From Mobula hypostoma (Eukaryota): 64,000 bases of DNA. Where the stretch lies: positions 70,370,001 through 70,434,000 of the forward strand of contig NC_086128.1 in NCBI RefSeq assembly GCF_963921235.1, written 5' to 3'. Below the pieces are notes generated by a model. It made no database searches, was not told the DNA's origin, and saw only the letters and a list, made by a program, of their open reading frames with translations. Numbering within the stretch: the stretch's first letter is position 1; each line of letters opens with the position of its first letter. Of this stretch, positions 36,920 through 50,555 are shown in pieces. Position numbers and translations under genes: made by a program.

Positions 36920-37620
36920 AACAAAGAAGCAGAACCTTTTGCCATTTCGTCCGCATCGAATTGTTATTCTGCCGAGTCCCATAACCGTACCTGGAGCATA
37001 GTCCTCAATTCACCTCCCGTCTATGTACTTACCCAAACCTCTCTTCAATGTAATCAAACCCACATCCACCACTGCTACTGGCAGTTTTTCCCCATGCCCG
37101 CACCCCACTCTGAGTGAAGAAATTCCCATTCAGGTTCCCCTTAAATATTTCACCTTTCACCCTTACACTGTGACTTCCAGTGACAGTCTCACCAACCTCA
37201 GTGGAAAAATCCTGCCTGCATTTACTCTACCAATAACACTCATATTTTTGTATACCTCTGTGGAATCCTCCATCATTTTCCTACCTTCCGGGGAATAAAG
37301 TCCTAACCTTTTCAACCTTTCCCTGCAACTTATGTCCTCAAGTCCCAGCAAACGTATTGTCAATTTTCTCTGCACTCTTTCAACTTTATTGATATTTTTT
37401 TCAGCAGGGAGGTAACGCAAATTGCACAGATTACTCCAAATGAACCCTCAACAACAACTTATACAACTTCAACATAGCACCCAGTCTCCTGATTTATGGT
37501 ACTCTCTCCTGGTACTTTGATTTATGAAGGCCAATGTGACAAAAGTTTTCTACACGACACCACTTTCAAGTAATTGTGAATCTGTGTTCCCAGATCCCTC
37601 TGTTCTGCAACACTCCTCGG
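36920..37620 (-). mobile_element. Degraded CR1 3' fragment (paralogue at 58400-59110)
   Basis: INKVERVQRKLT..L.GL....ERLKRLGLYS. Confidence 0.8.
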
Positions 37621-37639
37621 AGCCCTATTGGTCGCCGTG

Positions 37640-40600
37640 TCTTCATGCACCCCCAAATACATGCGCATCAAACCTCTGGCACACCCCACATGGAAATTAG
37701 ATTGTCCTAGATTATCATTATATCATTTCAAACAGTTCACAAATTGGCTGCCTCCACCTTAAAAAATTGCAAGAACGAAGATAAACGTGCATTAATTAAT
37801 AAAGTACCTGTAATTAAAACAACCTTGAAATTCCTCATACTTCCAAATCCACAGACACTCCAAATCCGTGAAAAGCTCGAAATTCGTGTGCGTCCGCAAA
37901 TCTACTCTCAATTTACTGACAACCCGACATGAAAATTGGATTATACCAGAGGAAGAAACATTTCAAACATTTCACAAAATGGCTGCCTCCACTTTGAAAA
38001 TAGCAAGAACAACGTGCATTTATTATTAAAGAATCCAGAAATGAATCGACCTCGATATTCGAAGCACCTCCAAATCCGCAGGCACCGCCAAATATGATTG
38101 CACCTGCACTCCGAAGACATCCACAAATCTATACACATTCCTAAATCCATGTGCACCCCCATACCTGCTGACAAGCCCACGTGCAGATTACACTATCAGA
38201 AATAAAAAACCATTTTCAAACAGTTCAAAAAATAGCTTTGTCCAATTAAAATGCAGAAACATAGAGACATAGAAAACCCACAGCATAATATAGGCCCTTC
38301 GGCCCACATTGCTGTGCCGAACATGTCCTTACCTGAGAAATTACCTAGGGTTACCCATAGCCCTCAACTTTTCTAAGCTCCATGTACCTATCCAGGAGTC
38401 TCTTAAAAGACCCTATCGTTCCTGCCTCCACCACCATCACCAGCAGCCCATTCCACACACTCACCACTCTGCGTAAAAAACATACCCCTGACATCTCCTC
38501 TATACCTACTTCCAAGTACCTTAAAACTGTGCCCTCTCGTGTTAGCCACTTCAGCCCTGGGAAAAAGCCTCTGACTATCAGTTAGCAAGAACAACGTTCA
38601 AAATTCAAAGACGCCCCAAAATCAGACTGCATACTCAATTCCACCAACACACTATCTGCAACGCAAATCCCTATACATCGCTAAATCCATGTGCATCCCA
38701 GAAACTGTGTGCACCCCCAAATATGCCATGAAACCCCCAGATCAGTTTTCACCCTCAAATTCACACACACACATCCCTCAGTCCGTGTGCCCTCCCAAAT
38801 CTTGCGCTGTCCCCGAATCTGTATGCAGCCCCAAATCGACCATGTTTGCTCACACACTACTAAACCTGCTCACATCCCCAAATCCACACGCAACATTAAA
38901 ACCGTTTGCTACCCGAATTCCGAGTGTATGGCCATATTCGCCAACGCTCCCCTGAAGCTATAAACATCTCCAAATCTATGTGCACCCCCAAATCTGTGCG
39001 CACTCCTACTTTCATATTAGAAACCCCAGAGCAAAAATAATTTCAAACATTTACAAAATAGCTGCCAGATAACCCTTAAATGATAGCAAAAATAAAGTTC
39101 AATGTTCAAAGTGTAGTTATTACTAAATTATGCATAAATAAAACAACCTTGCAATTCATCACTCCCCAAATCCACCAATACCCCTAAATCTACCAACATT
39201 CCTAAATTTGTGCTCAATTTCAAATTCACGTGTACTCCCCCAAAGCCGTCAACCTCCCCTAAATAACTGTACATCACCAAATCCACTGACATCCACAAAT
39301 AATGGTGCACCCAAGAGGCAACCGACACCCTCAAATCGGCATTAACCCACATATCCGTTGACATACCTCTGAATCTCTATAATCCCCAATTCAGTGCGCG
39401 ACAAGTCTGTGAACCACCAAATCAGTGAGCACCCCAAGCCTGCTGACACCCCATGCACGTTAGATGATCCCAGAGCGAAAATGATTTCAATCAGTTCACA
39501 AAGTAGCTGCCTCCACCTTAAACAAGCAAGAACAGATTTCAAATTTCAGAGTGTACTTATTACTAAAGTATCTTTAAATGAATCACTCTCGAGATTAGTC
39601 ACATCTCCAAATCTGTGAGAACCCCAACATATGTGCACAACTCAAATCCAGATACTTCCCAAAATCTGTGTGCAGCCCAAATCAGCGGAGCCTCCAACTC
39701 TGTGTGTAACCCCAAATCCGCATGTCCAACCTGTGCATCCCCAAATCCGCTAAAACCCCCATGTTCGCTGACACGCCACTAAATGTTCCCATATCCCTAA
39801 ACCCTTACACATCACTAAATCCGTGTGCATCCTAATATGAGAGTGCACACACACATTCGCCAATGTTACCCTAAACTTGCGCACACTCCCAAATTCGTGT
39901 GCACCCCAAATCCTTTCGATCAGTTCACAAAAAATCTGCCTCCACATTAAATGCAGAGCAAGAAAATGTTTCAAATTTCAAAGTGCAATATTGAAGTATC
40001 TAGAAATGAAATAACCTGAAGATAAGTCACCCCCAAAATCCACCAACAACCACAAATCCGTGCGCACCCCCACACCCGCTGACACCCCCACATCCACGTT
40101 AGATTATCCAAGAGCAAAGATAATTTCGAATAGTTCATAAAATGGCTGCCTCCACCTTAAAAATAACAAGAATGGAGTTCGAAGTTCACAGACACTCTGA
40201 AATCCAACTACCCCCCCAAACCCGTGTGCACACCCAAATCTCCAAATCTGTGCGCAACCCCAAAACCGTGGGCACATCCAAATCATTGTGCATCTCCAAA
40301 TCCACTTGCACACCTAAAAAAGTGTGCCCCACCAAAGCAAGCGACATCCATCCCCAAATCCGTGCACACCCACGCCTTTGCTGACACATCTCTAAATTGC
40401 GCACATCCCCAAATCCATGTGCACTCCAAAAGACGAGTGCACCACCAAATTCACTGACAATCCAGAATCCTTGTGCAGCCCCAAATCTGCCGACAGACTC
40501 AAATCTAGGCGCAAACCCAAATCCGGATGCACCCCTGAATCCACAGATACCTCATGTTCAACCGACACACTCCGACAACTGGGTAGATCCCAATTCCCTG

Positions 40601-42480
40601 TGCACTCCCATATTCTCCAACAAACTCCTACTTCCGCGTACATCTCCAAATCCGTGTGCAGCCCAAATCCACAGTCACCCTAAATCCGTGTACACTGACA
40701 AACCACAAGTCCAAGTGCATCGCCAAGTCAGTGATTGCTCCCAAGTCTGCTGACATTCCCAAATCTCCGCACATCCCCAGTTCCATGCGCACCCCCACAT
40801 GCACATTAGATTATCCCGAGTAAAGATCATATCAGTCACAAAATGGCTGCCTCCAATGATGTTTCAAAATAGCAGGAATAAAGTTCAAATTTCAAAGTGT
40901 ATTCAATATTATTTATGAATGAAATAGCCTTGAAATTCATCACCCCCCAAATCCAACAACATCCCTAAATCTACCGACGCTCCCACATCCGTGTGCACTC
41001 CAAAATCTACCCACACAGCAAAACTAATTCCACCAACACGTATAAATACATGCAAACACACAAACCTGCATGCAACCCGCAAGCTATCGTGCGCCTGCAA
41101 ATTCATGTGCACCCACACATCCACTGACATCTGCAATAATGGCGCACCCTAAAGCAAGCAACACACCTCCGTATCTGTGCAATCCCCATTTCAGTGCGCA
41201 CCGTCTGGGTTAACCCCCAAATCAGTGCGCACCCTAATCCAGCTGACACCCCAATATGCGCATTAGATTATCCCAGAGCAAGACTCTCCAAAACCATGTG
41301 CACTCACGTATGGATTCACCGACAAATTGCTAAATCTGAGCACATCCCCAATTTTGTGTGCAGCCCCAGAACTGTGTGCACCCCAAATCCGTGAACACCT
41401 CCAAAGGACATCTCCAGCCCACATGCACATGAGACACCCCGAAATCTAAGTGCATCCCCAAGTCCGCGTGCACCCCAAATTTGTAATGCAACCCCCAAAT
41501 CCGTATGCACTCCCAAAGCTGTGTGCACCCCAAATCTTTATTCAAACTTCGAATGTGCATCTATAAATGAAGCAACCTTGAGATTCAACACATCTCCGGA
41601 TTCACCGGACACACCGAAATCTGTGTGTATTCCCAAATCTGCCGACGCACTAAAATCCGTGCACATCCCACATCCCTGTTCACCCTCATATTCACCGACA
41701 AACTCCTAAATCTGCGCACATCCCCAATTCTCTGTGAACCCCCAAATCCTTAGAGAGAATCCGTGTGTGCCACATATACGCCGACATACCCTTATATCTG
41801 TGCAAGGCCAAATCAGTGATCTCTCCCAAGTCCACTGACACCCCCAAATCTACGCACATCCTCAAATCTGTGTGAGCCCCCAGTCTATGCAAGAATAATT
41901 TCAAACAGCTCGCAAAACAGCTACAAACACGAGAAAATCTGCAGATGCTGGAAATTCAAGCAAGACACACAAAATGCTTGTGGAAAACAGCAGGCAAACA
42001 GCTGCCTTCTTCCTTAAAAAAAATGTTCAAAAGTTGAAAGTTCAAAGTTTGAAGTGCTTTTATTATTAAAGTATGTATAAACAATCTTGAGATTCAATAT
42101 ACCTCCAGTTCTGCCGACACACCGAAATCTCTGCATCCCCAATCCCACCAACGCTCCGGAATCCGTGCACTGCCCCAAATCGGTGTGCACCCCCAATCCG
42201 CATGCACACTACTAATCAGTGAGCACCCTGAAATCACCGACATATCCAATCCGTACACACCCCCGAATGCATGTTTACCCCCAAAACCGTGTGCACCTCA
42301 AAATCTGCATGTGGCCTCCAAACCAGTGTGTGCCCCAAATCAACCAACACCCAAATCCATGTGCTCCCCTAAATCCAGGTGTAGCCCCAAATATGTCCGT
42401 ACCCTAAAACCACGGAAACACTCGCATGCACATCAGATTATCCCAGAGCAAGAATAATTTCAAACAGTTCACAAAACAGT
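37640..42480. repeat. Degenerate two-level satellite-like array
   Basis: Dense short motifs (CCCCAAATC, GTGCAC) punctuated about 10 times by a roughly 100-bp module TTAGATTATCCCAGAGCAA...TTCAAACAGTTCACAAAATGGCTGCCTCCACCTTAAA. Confidence 0.85.
38255..38580 (-). mobile_element. CR1 3' end inside the satellite (paralogue at 59735-60020)
   Basis: DSQRLFPRAEVANTRGHSFKV. Shared by both duplicons, so it predates the duplication. Confidence 0.88.
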
Positions 42481-44917
42481 CGGAGAACAAACTGTGAAGT
42501 CAGTGGATATTTGTCAGTAGCGCAGTTCTCTTATTCAATCTACTTTACTGATGGATAAAATTAAGTTTGTGATGTTTATAAGATGTTCATGTGGTGAATT
42601 GTACTGCTCAGTCATCTAGTCGTACTTAAGGAAATTAAAATTATTGTGGAAGCTGCAATAATTGGTTTAACTGGTAAATGAAACTTTAAGTAAAGTTCTG
42701 ATGGGTGAGCTATCTGTATCCCAGTCTACTTGTGAAGGAACATAATAGGATTAAAATATTGCAGTGGTATAAGAAAAACCTGATTTCTAATGGTCAAGAC
42801 ATGAAGAAGTTTATTTGTCAAATCCTCGCGATTATATATATATTCTGGAAACCTGGTTGCTCGCACATTTACGTTTTTTTTCTGTGCTGAATTATATTGC
42901 TATTTGGCGTGAGAGGCACTTGTAGGGTGAAAACTTGATTCAACAGTTTGTCATGGTCCGGTCCATGATATCCACATTCTGGTTCATGGTCCAGTCCATC
43001 GATCCCTGCTCCGGTTTTTCCTGTTTTCTCCCTTGTTCTGTTTTGTGCCTTAATTGAGGCACCTGATTCTCATTTCAGGCTGGCACATAAATGCCTCTGT
43101 AAATCAAGGATTTGCGGCTGGGTTGTTCTGTCATAAGGAGGCATTGGGAGCGCACCCAAATGCAAGACATAGACACTGAAGTACTAGGAACAGGACTAGG
43201 TTTGACAAGAAAGCAAGGGAAAGAACAATGCTGGACATTGACACAGGCCCTGGACGCGAATAGGATTCAGGGCCTGGGCTAGGACTTGGGCTAGAAGCTC
43301 GGGACGCGGACATGGAACTAGGAACAAGGAGCCTGGACTAGGAACTCGGAACTCTGGAACCAGAGTCTGGACAAATACCCGGAACTTGGGTCTTGCTTGG
43401 GACTCGGAACCTGGGTCTTGACCCGTAACTGGAGGCCAGGTCTGGGCTAGGACTCTGGACTAGGATCTTAGCAAGGGCTCGGGACTAGGATCTTGGCAAG
43501 GACAGGACGAGGTACTCCAGAACAGGACGAGGTATCCCAGTACAGGACGAGAAATCTCCAGCACCGGGCTGGGCGAGGTTCTCCAGGGCAGGAGGAGGTA
43601 CTCCAAGGAGGAGTCTTGTGCTGGAGATTCCTCATCCTCTGCTGGATCGTCCCCATCCGAATCCTTTGGCAGTTTATCTCAACAGTTACTTCGGCACCAA
43701 CCTTCGTCTGTAATCTTCGTCTGTTACTTTCGCCTGCAACCTTGCCTTCGTCTATTAACTTTGCCTGCAACCTCCCCTGCCGTCCACGCCTGTATCGCCA
43801 TCTAGTGCAACCACCGAAGTGAGACCGGAGCCTTGCCATGCCAAGATAAGTAACTATCTATCGTTGAGTTTGGAACTGTCTCTTTGTGTCCCTGTGTTTA
43901 GTCTCTGTGTCAAAGAAGAGTTCCGGCCCTAGTCCTGTTCCCTAGGAAGGGTTTTGTCTCTGTATTCTGCGTACGAGTGCCGGCAGTAGGTCCTGTTCCC
44001 AAGGAGGGGTCCCGGCTCTGTGTTCTGTGTTCCTGTGTTCCAAGTTCCAGGCGCCGTGTTCCGGTCCTGTCCAAGTCAAGGCTTCGTGTTCTCGTCCTGT
44101 ACATGTGCCTCGCCCAGCCCAGGAGTACCTCGCCCGGCTCGGTGCTGGAGATTCCTCGTCCTGTGCCGGAGGTTCCTCGCCCAGCTCGGTGCTGGAGGTT
44201 CCTCATCCTGTGCTGCATCATCCCCATCCGAATCTTCGGCAGTTTACCTCGGTAGTCATCCCGGCACTGCGTCCAAGAAAGGGTCCCGGCCCTGCGCTCT
44301 AAGGAGGATTCCCGGTTCCGTACCCAAGAGCCTAACCAAGCCGAGTCCAAGAACCGAGCCAAACTAGTCCAAGAGCCTCGCCCTGCCTTGGAGTACCTCG
44401 CCCTGCCCTGGAGTACCCCGTCCAGTCTACGTCCAAGGCTCTGAGCGTCAACTGCACGTCCAACGCTCTGTGCTCCTGTGTTCCAAGACAAAGTCCAGGC
44501 GCCGTGTTCCAGCCCTATCCAAATCTGAGCTTCGTGTCCTCATCTAGTGCTGGTACCTCACCCAGCCCAGGAATTCCTCGCCCAGCCCGGTGCTGGAGAT
44601 TCCTGGTCTTGTGCTGGGGTACCTCGTCCTGTGCTGGAGTGCCTCGTCCTGTCCTGTAGCCACGTCCTGTCCTTGCCAAGATCCTATTCCCGAGTCCTTG
44701 CCAAGTTCCTAGTTACGAGTCGTTGCCAAGTTCTTAGTCCCGAGTCCTAGCCTAGACCCGGGTTCCGGTTCCGAGGCAAGACCCAGGCTCCGAGTCTCAA
44801 CCAAGACCTAGGTTCCGGGTCCTTGTCTAGACTCTGGTTGCAGACCTCCTTGTTCCTAGTTCCACGTCCGGATCCCTTGCTTCTAGCCCTAGTCCTAGCC
44901 CAGGCCCTGAATCCTAG

Positions 44918-45187
44918 AAAGCAAACACGAGGAAATCTGCAGATGCTGGAAATTTAAGCAACGCACACAAAATGCTGGTAGGACGCAGCAGGCCAGGCGG
45001 CATCTATAGGAAGAGGTACAGTCGACGTTTCGGGCCGAGACCCTTCGTCAGGACTAACTGAAAGAAGAGATAGTAAGAGAAGTGGGAGGGGGAGGGGGAG
45101 ATACGAAATGATAGGAGAGGACAGGAGGGGGAGGGATGGAGCTAAGAGCTGGAAAGTTGATTGATAGAAGGGATAGAAGGCTGGAAT
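44918..45187 (-). mobile_element. Penelope terminal-repeat insertion in the LTR
   Basis: TSD CTGAATC(C/A)TAG at 44907-44917 and 45188-45198. Confidence 0.85.
45020..45055 (-). ncRNA. Minimal type I hammerhead ribozyme motif
   Basis: AGUC-CUGACGA-A-GGG(UCUCGG)CCC-GAAA-CGUC-GACU: intact core, stem I AGUC/GACU, palindromic stem III ACGU. Confidence 0.8.
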
Positions 45188-45819
45188 CTGAATCATAGTC
45201 TCGTCCAGGGCCTGCGTCAATGTCCAGCGTCGTTTCTTCCCTTGTTTTCTTGTCAAACCTAGTCCTGTTCCTAGTCCTTCAGTGTCTGTGTTTTGCATTT
45301 GGGTCTGCTCCCAACGCCTCCTTATGACAAAGTTAAGTGTCAGTGTCCGAGAGATCGAATTACGTATAAAAGGGCACAAGCCCTGGTGAGGAAAGTGGCG
45401 AAAGTTGAGAAAACGGTTTCACAACGTCATATTGTGATAATATTGGAAGGGATACAAAACTTGAAGATGTCTGGGGAATAATAAAGAGAATGGAGAATGG
45501 AGGATTCGTAGGGGTAATATATTCCAGTATTGATTTATCAGGTTGTCACTGAAATAGGTAGGTTGAGTTACTGACTGCGTCATTTGCGGCGATTCACAAT
45601 CAAGATAATTTAAATGAAGATGTTAAACAATGTAAGTTTAAGGCTCTCAGTGAATACCCTGATGTACTGAAAAGTCAAACAGTAGCCAAATGGACGCGGA
45701 TTTAAGCTTCAGTAGCTGGAACACAAGTTATGTGTTTCACGAGTAGGATTAATAAAACCTCACTTGATCAAACTCTTGAGATGTCAACGGTAAGATTTTC
45801 AGGCATCTGGATGGACTAT

Positions 45820-48800
45820 AAGCTGAATAAGTTTAATAGAGCTGTTAGGGAGGGTTTAAACTGATTTAGCAGAGAAATGGGAACTGGAGTGATAGAACAA
45901 AGGAAGGGGAAAACAGAAATAAATCTAAGATAGTGAGCGGTAAAGATGTCAGGAAAGACAGGCAGGTGATGGGGCAAATTTGCAGCCATTGGGATGAGTT
46001 GCAGTGCAATCAAAGCAAAAAATACTAAATACTGGTCTTAAGGTGTTATACTTCAATGCACGCAGCATGAGGAATAAGGTGGATGATCTTGTCGTACAGC
46101 TACAGATTGGCAGGTATGATGTTGTGGCTATCACTAAGACGTGGCTAAAGGATGCATGTCTCTGGGAGCTGAACGTCCAAGGATACAAGGTGTATCGGAA
46201 GTAGAGGCAGGTAGGCAGAGGGGGTGGCGTGGCTTTATTGGTCAGAAATTATATCAAATCATTAGAAAGAGGTGACATAGGATCGGAAGGTGCAGAATCT
46301 TAAATTGATTGAGCTAAGAAATCGCAGGGGTAAAAGGACCCTAATGGTAGTTATATACAGGCCTCCAAATAGCTGCAGTGATGTGGACTACAGATTACAA
46401 CGGGTAATAGAAAAGGCTTGTCAGAAGGGCAGTGTTATGATCATTGTGGGGGATTTTAACATGCGAGTGGATTGGGAAAATCGGGTCGGCACTGGATCTC
46501 AAGAAGAGAATTTGTAGAATGTCTGCGAGATGGCTTTTTAGAACAGCTTGTTGTTGATCCCACTAGGGGATCGGCTGTACTGGATTGGGTATTGTGTAAT
46601 GAACCGGAGGTGATTAGAGAGATTGAGGTGAAGGAACCTTTAGGGGACAGTGACCGTAACATGATTGGGTTCACTGTGAAACTTGAAAAAGAGAAGCCGA
46701 AATCCAACGTGTCGGTATTTCAGTGGAGTAAAGGAAATTACAGTGGCATGAGAGAGGAATTGACCAAAGTTGAGTGGAAAGGGATACTGGCGGGAAAGAC
46801 GGCAGAGCAGCAGTGGTTGGAGTTTATGTGAGAAGTGAGGAAGGTGCAAGACAGGTATATTCCAAAAAAAAAAATAAATTTTCGAATGGAAAAAGAATGC
46901 AACCGTGTTTGACAAGAGAAGTCAAAGCCAAAGTTAAAGCAGAGGAGAAGGCATACAAGGAAGCAAAAATTAGTGGGAAGACAGATGATTGGGAAGTTTT
47001 TAAAAGCTTACAAAAGGAAACTAATAAGGTCATTAAGAGGGAAAAGATGCACTATGAAAGGAAGCTAGCAAATAATATCAAAGAGGATACTAAAAGCTTT
47101 ATCAAGTATATAAAGAGTAAAAAACAAGTGAGTGTAGATAGAGGACCGATAGAAAATGATGCTGGTGGAATTGTAATGGGAGATAAGGAGATGGCAGAGG
47201 AACTGAACGAGTACTTTGCATCAGTCTTCACTGAGGAAGACATCTGCTGTATACAGGACACTCAAGGGTGGCAGGGAAGAGAAGTGTGCGCGGTCACAAT
47301 TACGACAGAGAATGTATTCAGGAAGCTGAATAGTAGATAAATCTCCCGGCCCAGATGGAATGCACCCTCGTGTTCTGAAGGAAGTAGCTGTGGAGATTGC
47401 GCAGGCATTAGCAATGATCTTTCAAAAGTCGATGGATTCTGGCATGGTTCCGGAGGACTGGAAGATTGCAAATGTCACTCCACTATTTAAGAAGGGGACA
47501 AGGAAGCAAAAAGGAAATTTTGATCTGTTAGCTTGGCATCGGTGGTTGGTAAGTTGTTGGAGTCGATTGTGAAGGATGAGGTTACAATTTTTTGAGGAAA
47601 TTACAAGTAGGCAAGACAAGGGAGATGCACTAGATGTTGTATATTTGGATGTTCAGAACGCCTTTGACAAGGTGCCACACATGAGGCTGTTTAACAAGAT
47701 AAGAGCCCATGGAATTACGGGAAAGCTAAATACCTGAATAGGGCGTTGGCTGATTTGCAGGAAACAGAGAGTGGGAATAAAGGGATCCTATTGTGGTTGG
47801 CTGCCGGTTACCAGTGGTGTTCCACAGGGGTCCGTGTTGGGGCCCCTTCTTCTTACCTTGTACATCAACGATTTGAATTATGGAATATTTGGCTTTGTGC
47901 CTAAGTTTGCTGATGATATAAAGATGGGTGGAGGGGCCGGTAGTGCTGAGGAAACAGAGAGTCTGCAGAGAGAGTTGGTTAGATTGGAAGAATAGGCAAA
48001 AAAGTGGCAAATGAAATACAGTGTTGGAAAGTGTATGGTTATGCACTTTGGCAGAAGAAATAAGTGGCAAGACTATTATTTAAATGAGGAGAGAATTCAA
48101 AGTTCTGAGATGCAACAGGATTTGGGAGTCCTCGTACAGGATACCCATAAAGTTAACCTCCTGGTTGAGTCAGTAGTGAAGAAGGCGAATGCAATGTTGG
48201 CATTCATTTCTAGAGGAATAGATTATACGAGCAGGGATGTGATGTTGAGGCTCTGTAAGGCACTGGTGAGACCTCACTGGAGTACTGTGGGCAGTTTTGG
48301 GCTCCTTATTTAAGAAAGGATGTGCTGATGTTGGCAAAAGTACAGAGAAGATTCACTAGAATGATTCCGGGAATGAGAGGGTTAGCATATGAGGAACGTT
48401 TGTCCGCTCTTGGACTGTGTTCCTTGGAGTTTAGAAGAATGAGGGGGGACCTCATAGAAACATTTCGAATGTTGAAAGGCATGGACAGAGTGGATGTGGC
48501 AAAGTTGTTTCCCAAGATGGGGGAGTCTAGTACGAGAGGGCATGACTTAAGGATTGAAGGGCGCCCATTCAAAACAGAGAGGCGGAAAATTTTTTTTAGA
48601 GGGTGGTGAATCTGTGGAATTTATTGCCACGGGTGGCAGTGGAGGTCAAGTCATTGGGTCTGTTTAAGGCAGAGATTGATAGGTATCTGAGTAGCCAGGG
48701 CATCAAAGGTTATGGTGAGAAGGCGGGGGAGTGGGACTAAATGAGAGAATGGATCAGCTCATAATAAAATGACGGAGCAGGGTTGACGGGCCAAATGGCC

Positions 48801-48835
48801 AACTTCTGCTCCTTTGTCTTATGGTCTTATGGTCT
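45820..48835 (+). mobile_element. Defective CR1 LINE (ORF2 APE and RT, 3' UTR)
   Basis: [32 protein letters not shown]; many stops; (cttatggt) tail. Confidence 0.95.
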
Positions 48836-49429
48836 AATCCTGAAGCTCAAAACTAATAGAATGGCCAAAGCTGGAGGACTGTCGGGGACATCACTAGAAG
48901 AGTATTTTTATATTTTGATGGCTCGGTTCTTATCATACTACAGATATGGGATTGTCGGGTTATGCAATGTGTCCTACTGCCGTGTTCTGTAATCCCACCT
49001 TGTTTTTTTCAAATGACCTTAGTTGATTTTATCTTACATAATTTAATAAAGTTTACAGATTTTGTTATGCCTGAGAGTCTGTTGATTTATCAGTATATTA
49101 AGAACGATTATTGTGGAATGTTAACCGCTTTTGCAAATGGATCAAAATATAATTTAAGAAGGAATGTTGGTGTGTCTGTTTTTGTGCCTGAATTACAGGT
49201 AGCGATAAATAAACAACTTAAAAACCATTTACAGGATAGACAGCAGAACTGGTTGGCATAATTTTAGGCTTACACTGGGTGGAGGAAATTTGTTCATGAA
49301 AGTTGTAATTTGTTCAGATTACTTTTCGGTTTTGATGAGTCTAAAAAAAGGCCATTACTACAGGAGGTCAGAATTACTGTTGGAAACTCATCAGACTGTT
49401 ATTTCATATACAAAGTATTGGTTTATATC

Positions 49430-50190
49430 ACAAACAAGAGAAAATCTGCAGATTTTCAGGTCTACAGATCACAGGCGACACTTCACCTGTGAGTCGGCTG
49501 GGGTGATATACTGCGACCGGTGCTCCCGATGTGGCCTTCTATATATTGGCGAGACCCGACGCAGACTGGGAGACCGCTTTGCTGAACACCTACGCTCTGT
49601 CTGCCGGAGAAAGCAGGATCTCCCAGTGGCCACACATTTTAATTCCACATTCCATTCCCATTCTGACATGTCTATCCACGGCCTCCTCTACTGTAAAGAT
49701 GAAGCCACACTCAGGTTGGAGGAACAACACCTTATATCCCGTCTGGGTAGCCTCCAACCTGATGGAATGAACATTGACTTCACAAACTTCCGCTAAAGCC
49801 CCACCTCCCCCTCTTACCCCATCCGTTATTGATTTTTATACACATATTCTTTCCCTCACTCTCCGTTTTCTCCCTTTGTCCCTCTGACTATACCCCTTGC
49901 CCATCCTCTGGGTTCCCCCCTTGTCTTTCTCCCTGGGCCTCCTGTCCCATGATCCTCTCATATCCCCTTTGCCAATCACCTGTCCAGCTCTTGGCTCCAT
50001 CCCTCCCCCTCCTGTCTTCTCCTATCATTTTGGATCTCCCCCTCCTCCTCCAACTTTCAAATCTCTTACTAGCTCTTTCTTCAGTTAGTCCTGACAAAGG
50101 GTCTCGGCCTGAAACATCGACTGTACCTCTTCCTAGAGATGCTCCCTGACCTGTTGCGTTCACCAGCAACTTTGATGTGTCTTGCTTGAA
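49430..50190 (+). mobile_element. Penelope element 3' part with GIY-YIG endonuclease
   Basis: FTCESAGVIYC.RCSRCGLLYIGETRRRLGDRFAEH...VATHFN...EQHLI.RLGSLQPDGMN, with a short inverted terminal piece at the 5' end. Confidence 0.92.
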
Positions 50191-50555
50191 AATCTGCAGA
50201 TGCTGGAAATTCAAGCAGCACACACAAAATGCTGGAGGAACTCAGCAGGCCAGGCAGCATCTATGGAAAAAAGCACAGTCGATGTTTCGGGCCGAAACCA
50301 TTAAGCAGGACTGGATTTAAAAAAAAAAAGCTGAGGAGGACATTTGGAAGGTGGGTGAAGGGGAGAGCGGAACACCAGACGCTTGGAGTGGAAGGTATGA
50401 AGCAAAGAGCAGAGAGGTTGATTGGTGAAAGAGAATGAAGGTCATGGAAGAAAGAGAATAGGGAGTAGGGGGAACGAGGAGCGGCAAAGGGAGGAGATGG
50501 GAGAGATAACATGAGAGAGGGAAAGGGGGATGTGAAATGGTGAAGGTGGGTGAAG
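50190..50555 (-). mobile_element. Penelope terminal-repeat fragment, tail-to-tail with the previous element
   Basis: aaatctgcagatgctggaaattcaagc... with a degenerate hammerhead at about 50276-50312. Confidence 0.75.

Larger units (their letters stand above)
42949..45329 (+). mobile_element. Rearranged solo LTR of the 17097-18245 family
   Basis: Termini TGTCATG...TATGACA and flanks CAGTT/AAGTT. Contains an inverted LTR-end copy (43129 to about 43605) and a Penelope insertion. Absent from duplicon B. Confidence 0.8.
29260..45480. other. Segmental duplication unit A (paralogous to 52700-63890)
   Basis: Same order in both units: Nimb 3' part, 260-bp module, GPCR, Penelope RT piece, CR1 pieces, satellite, Nimb 5' part. 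Confidence 0.93.
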
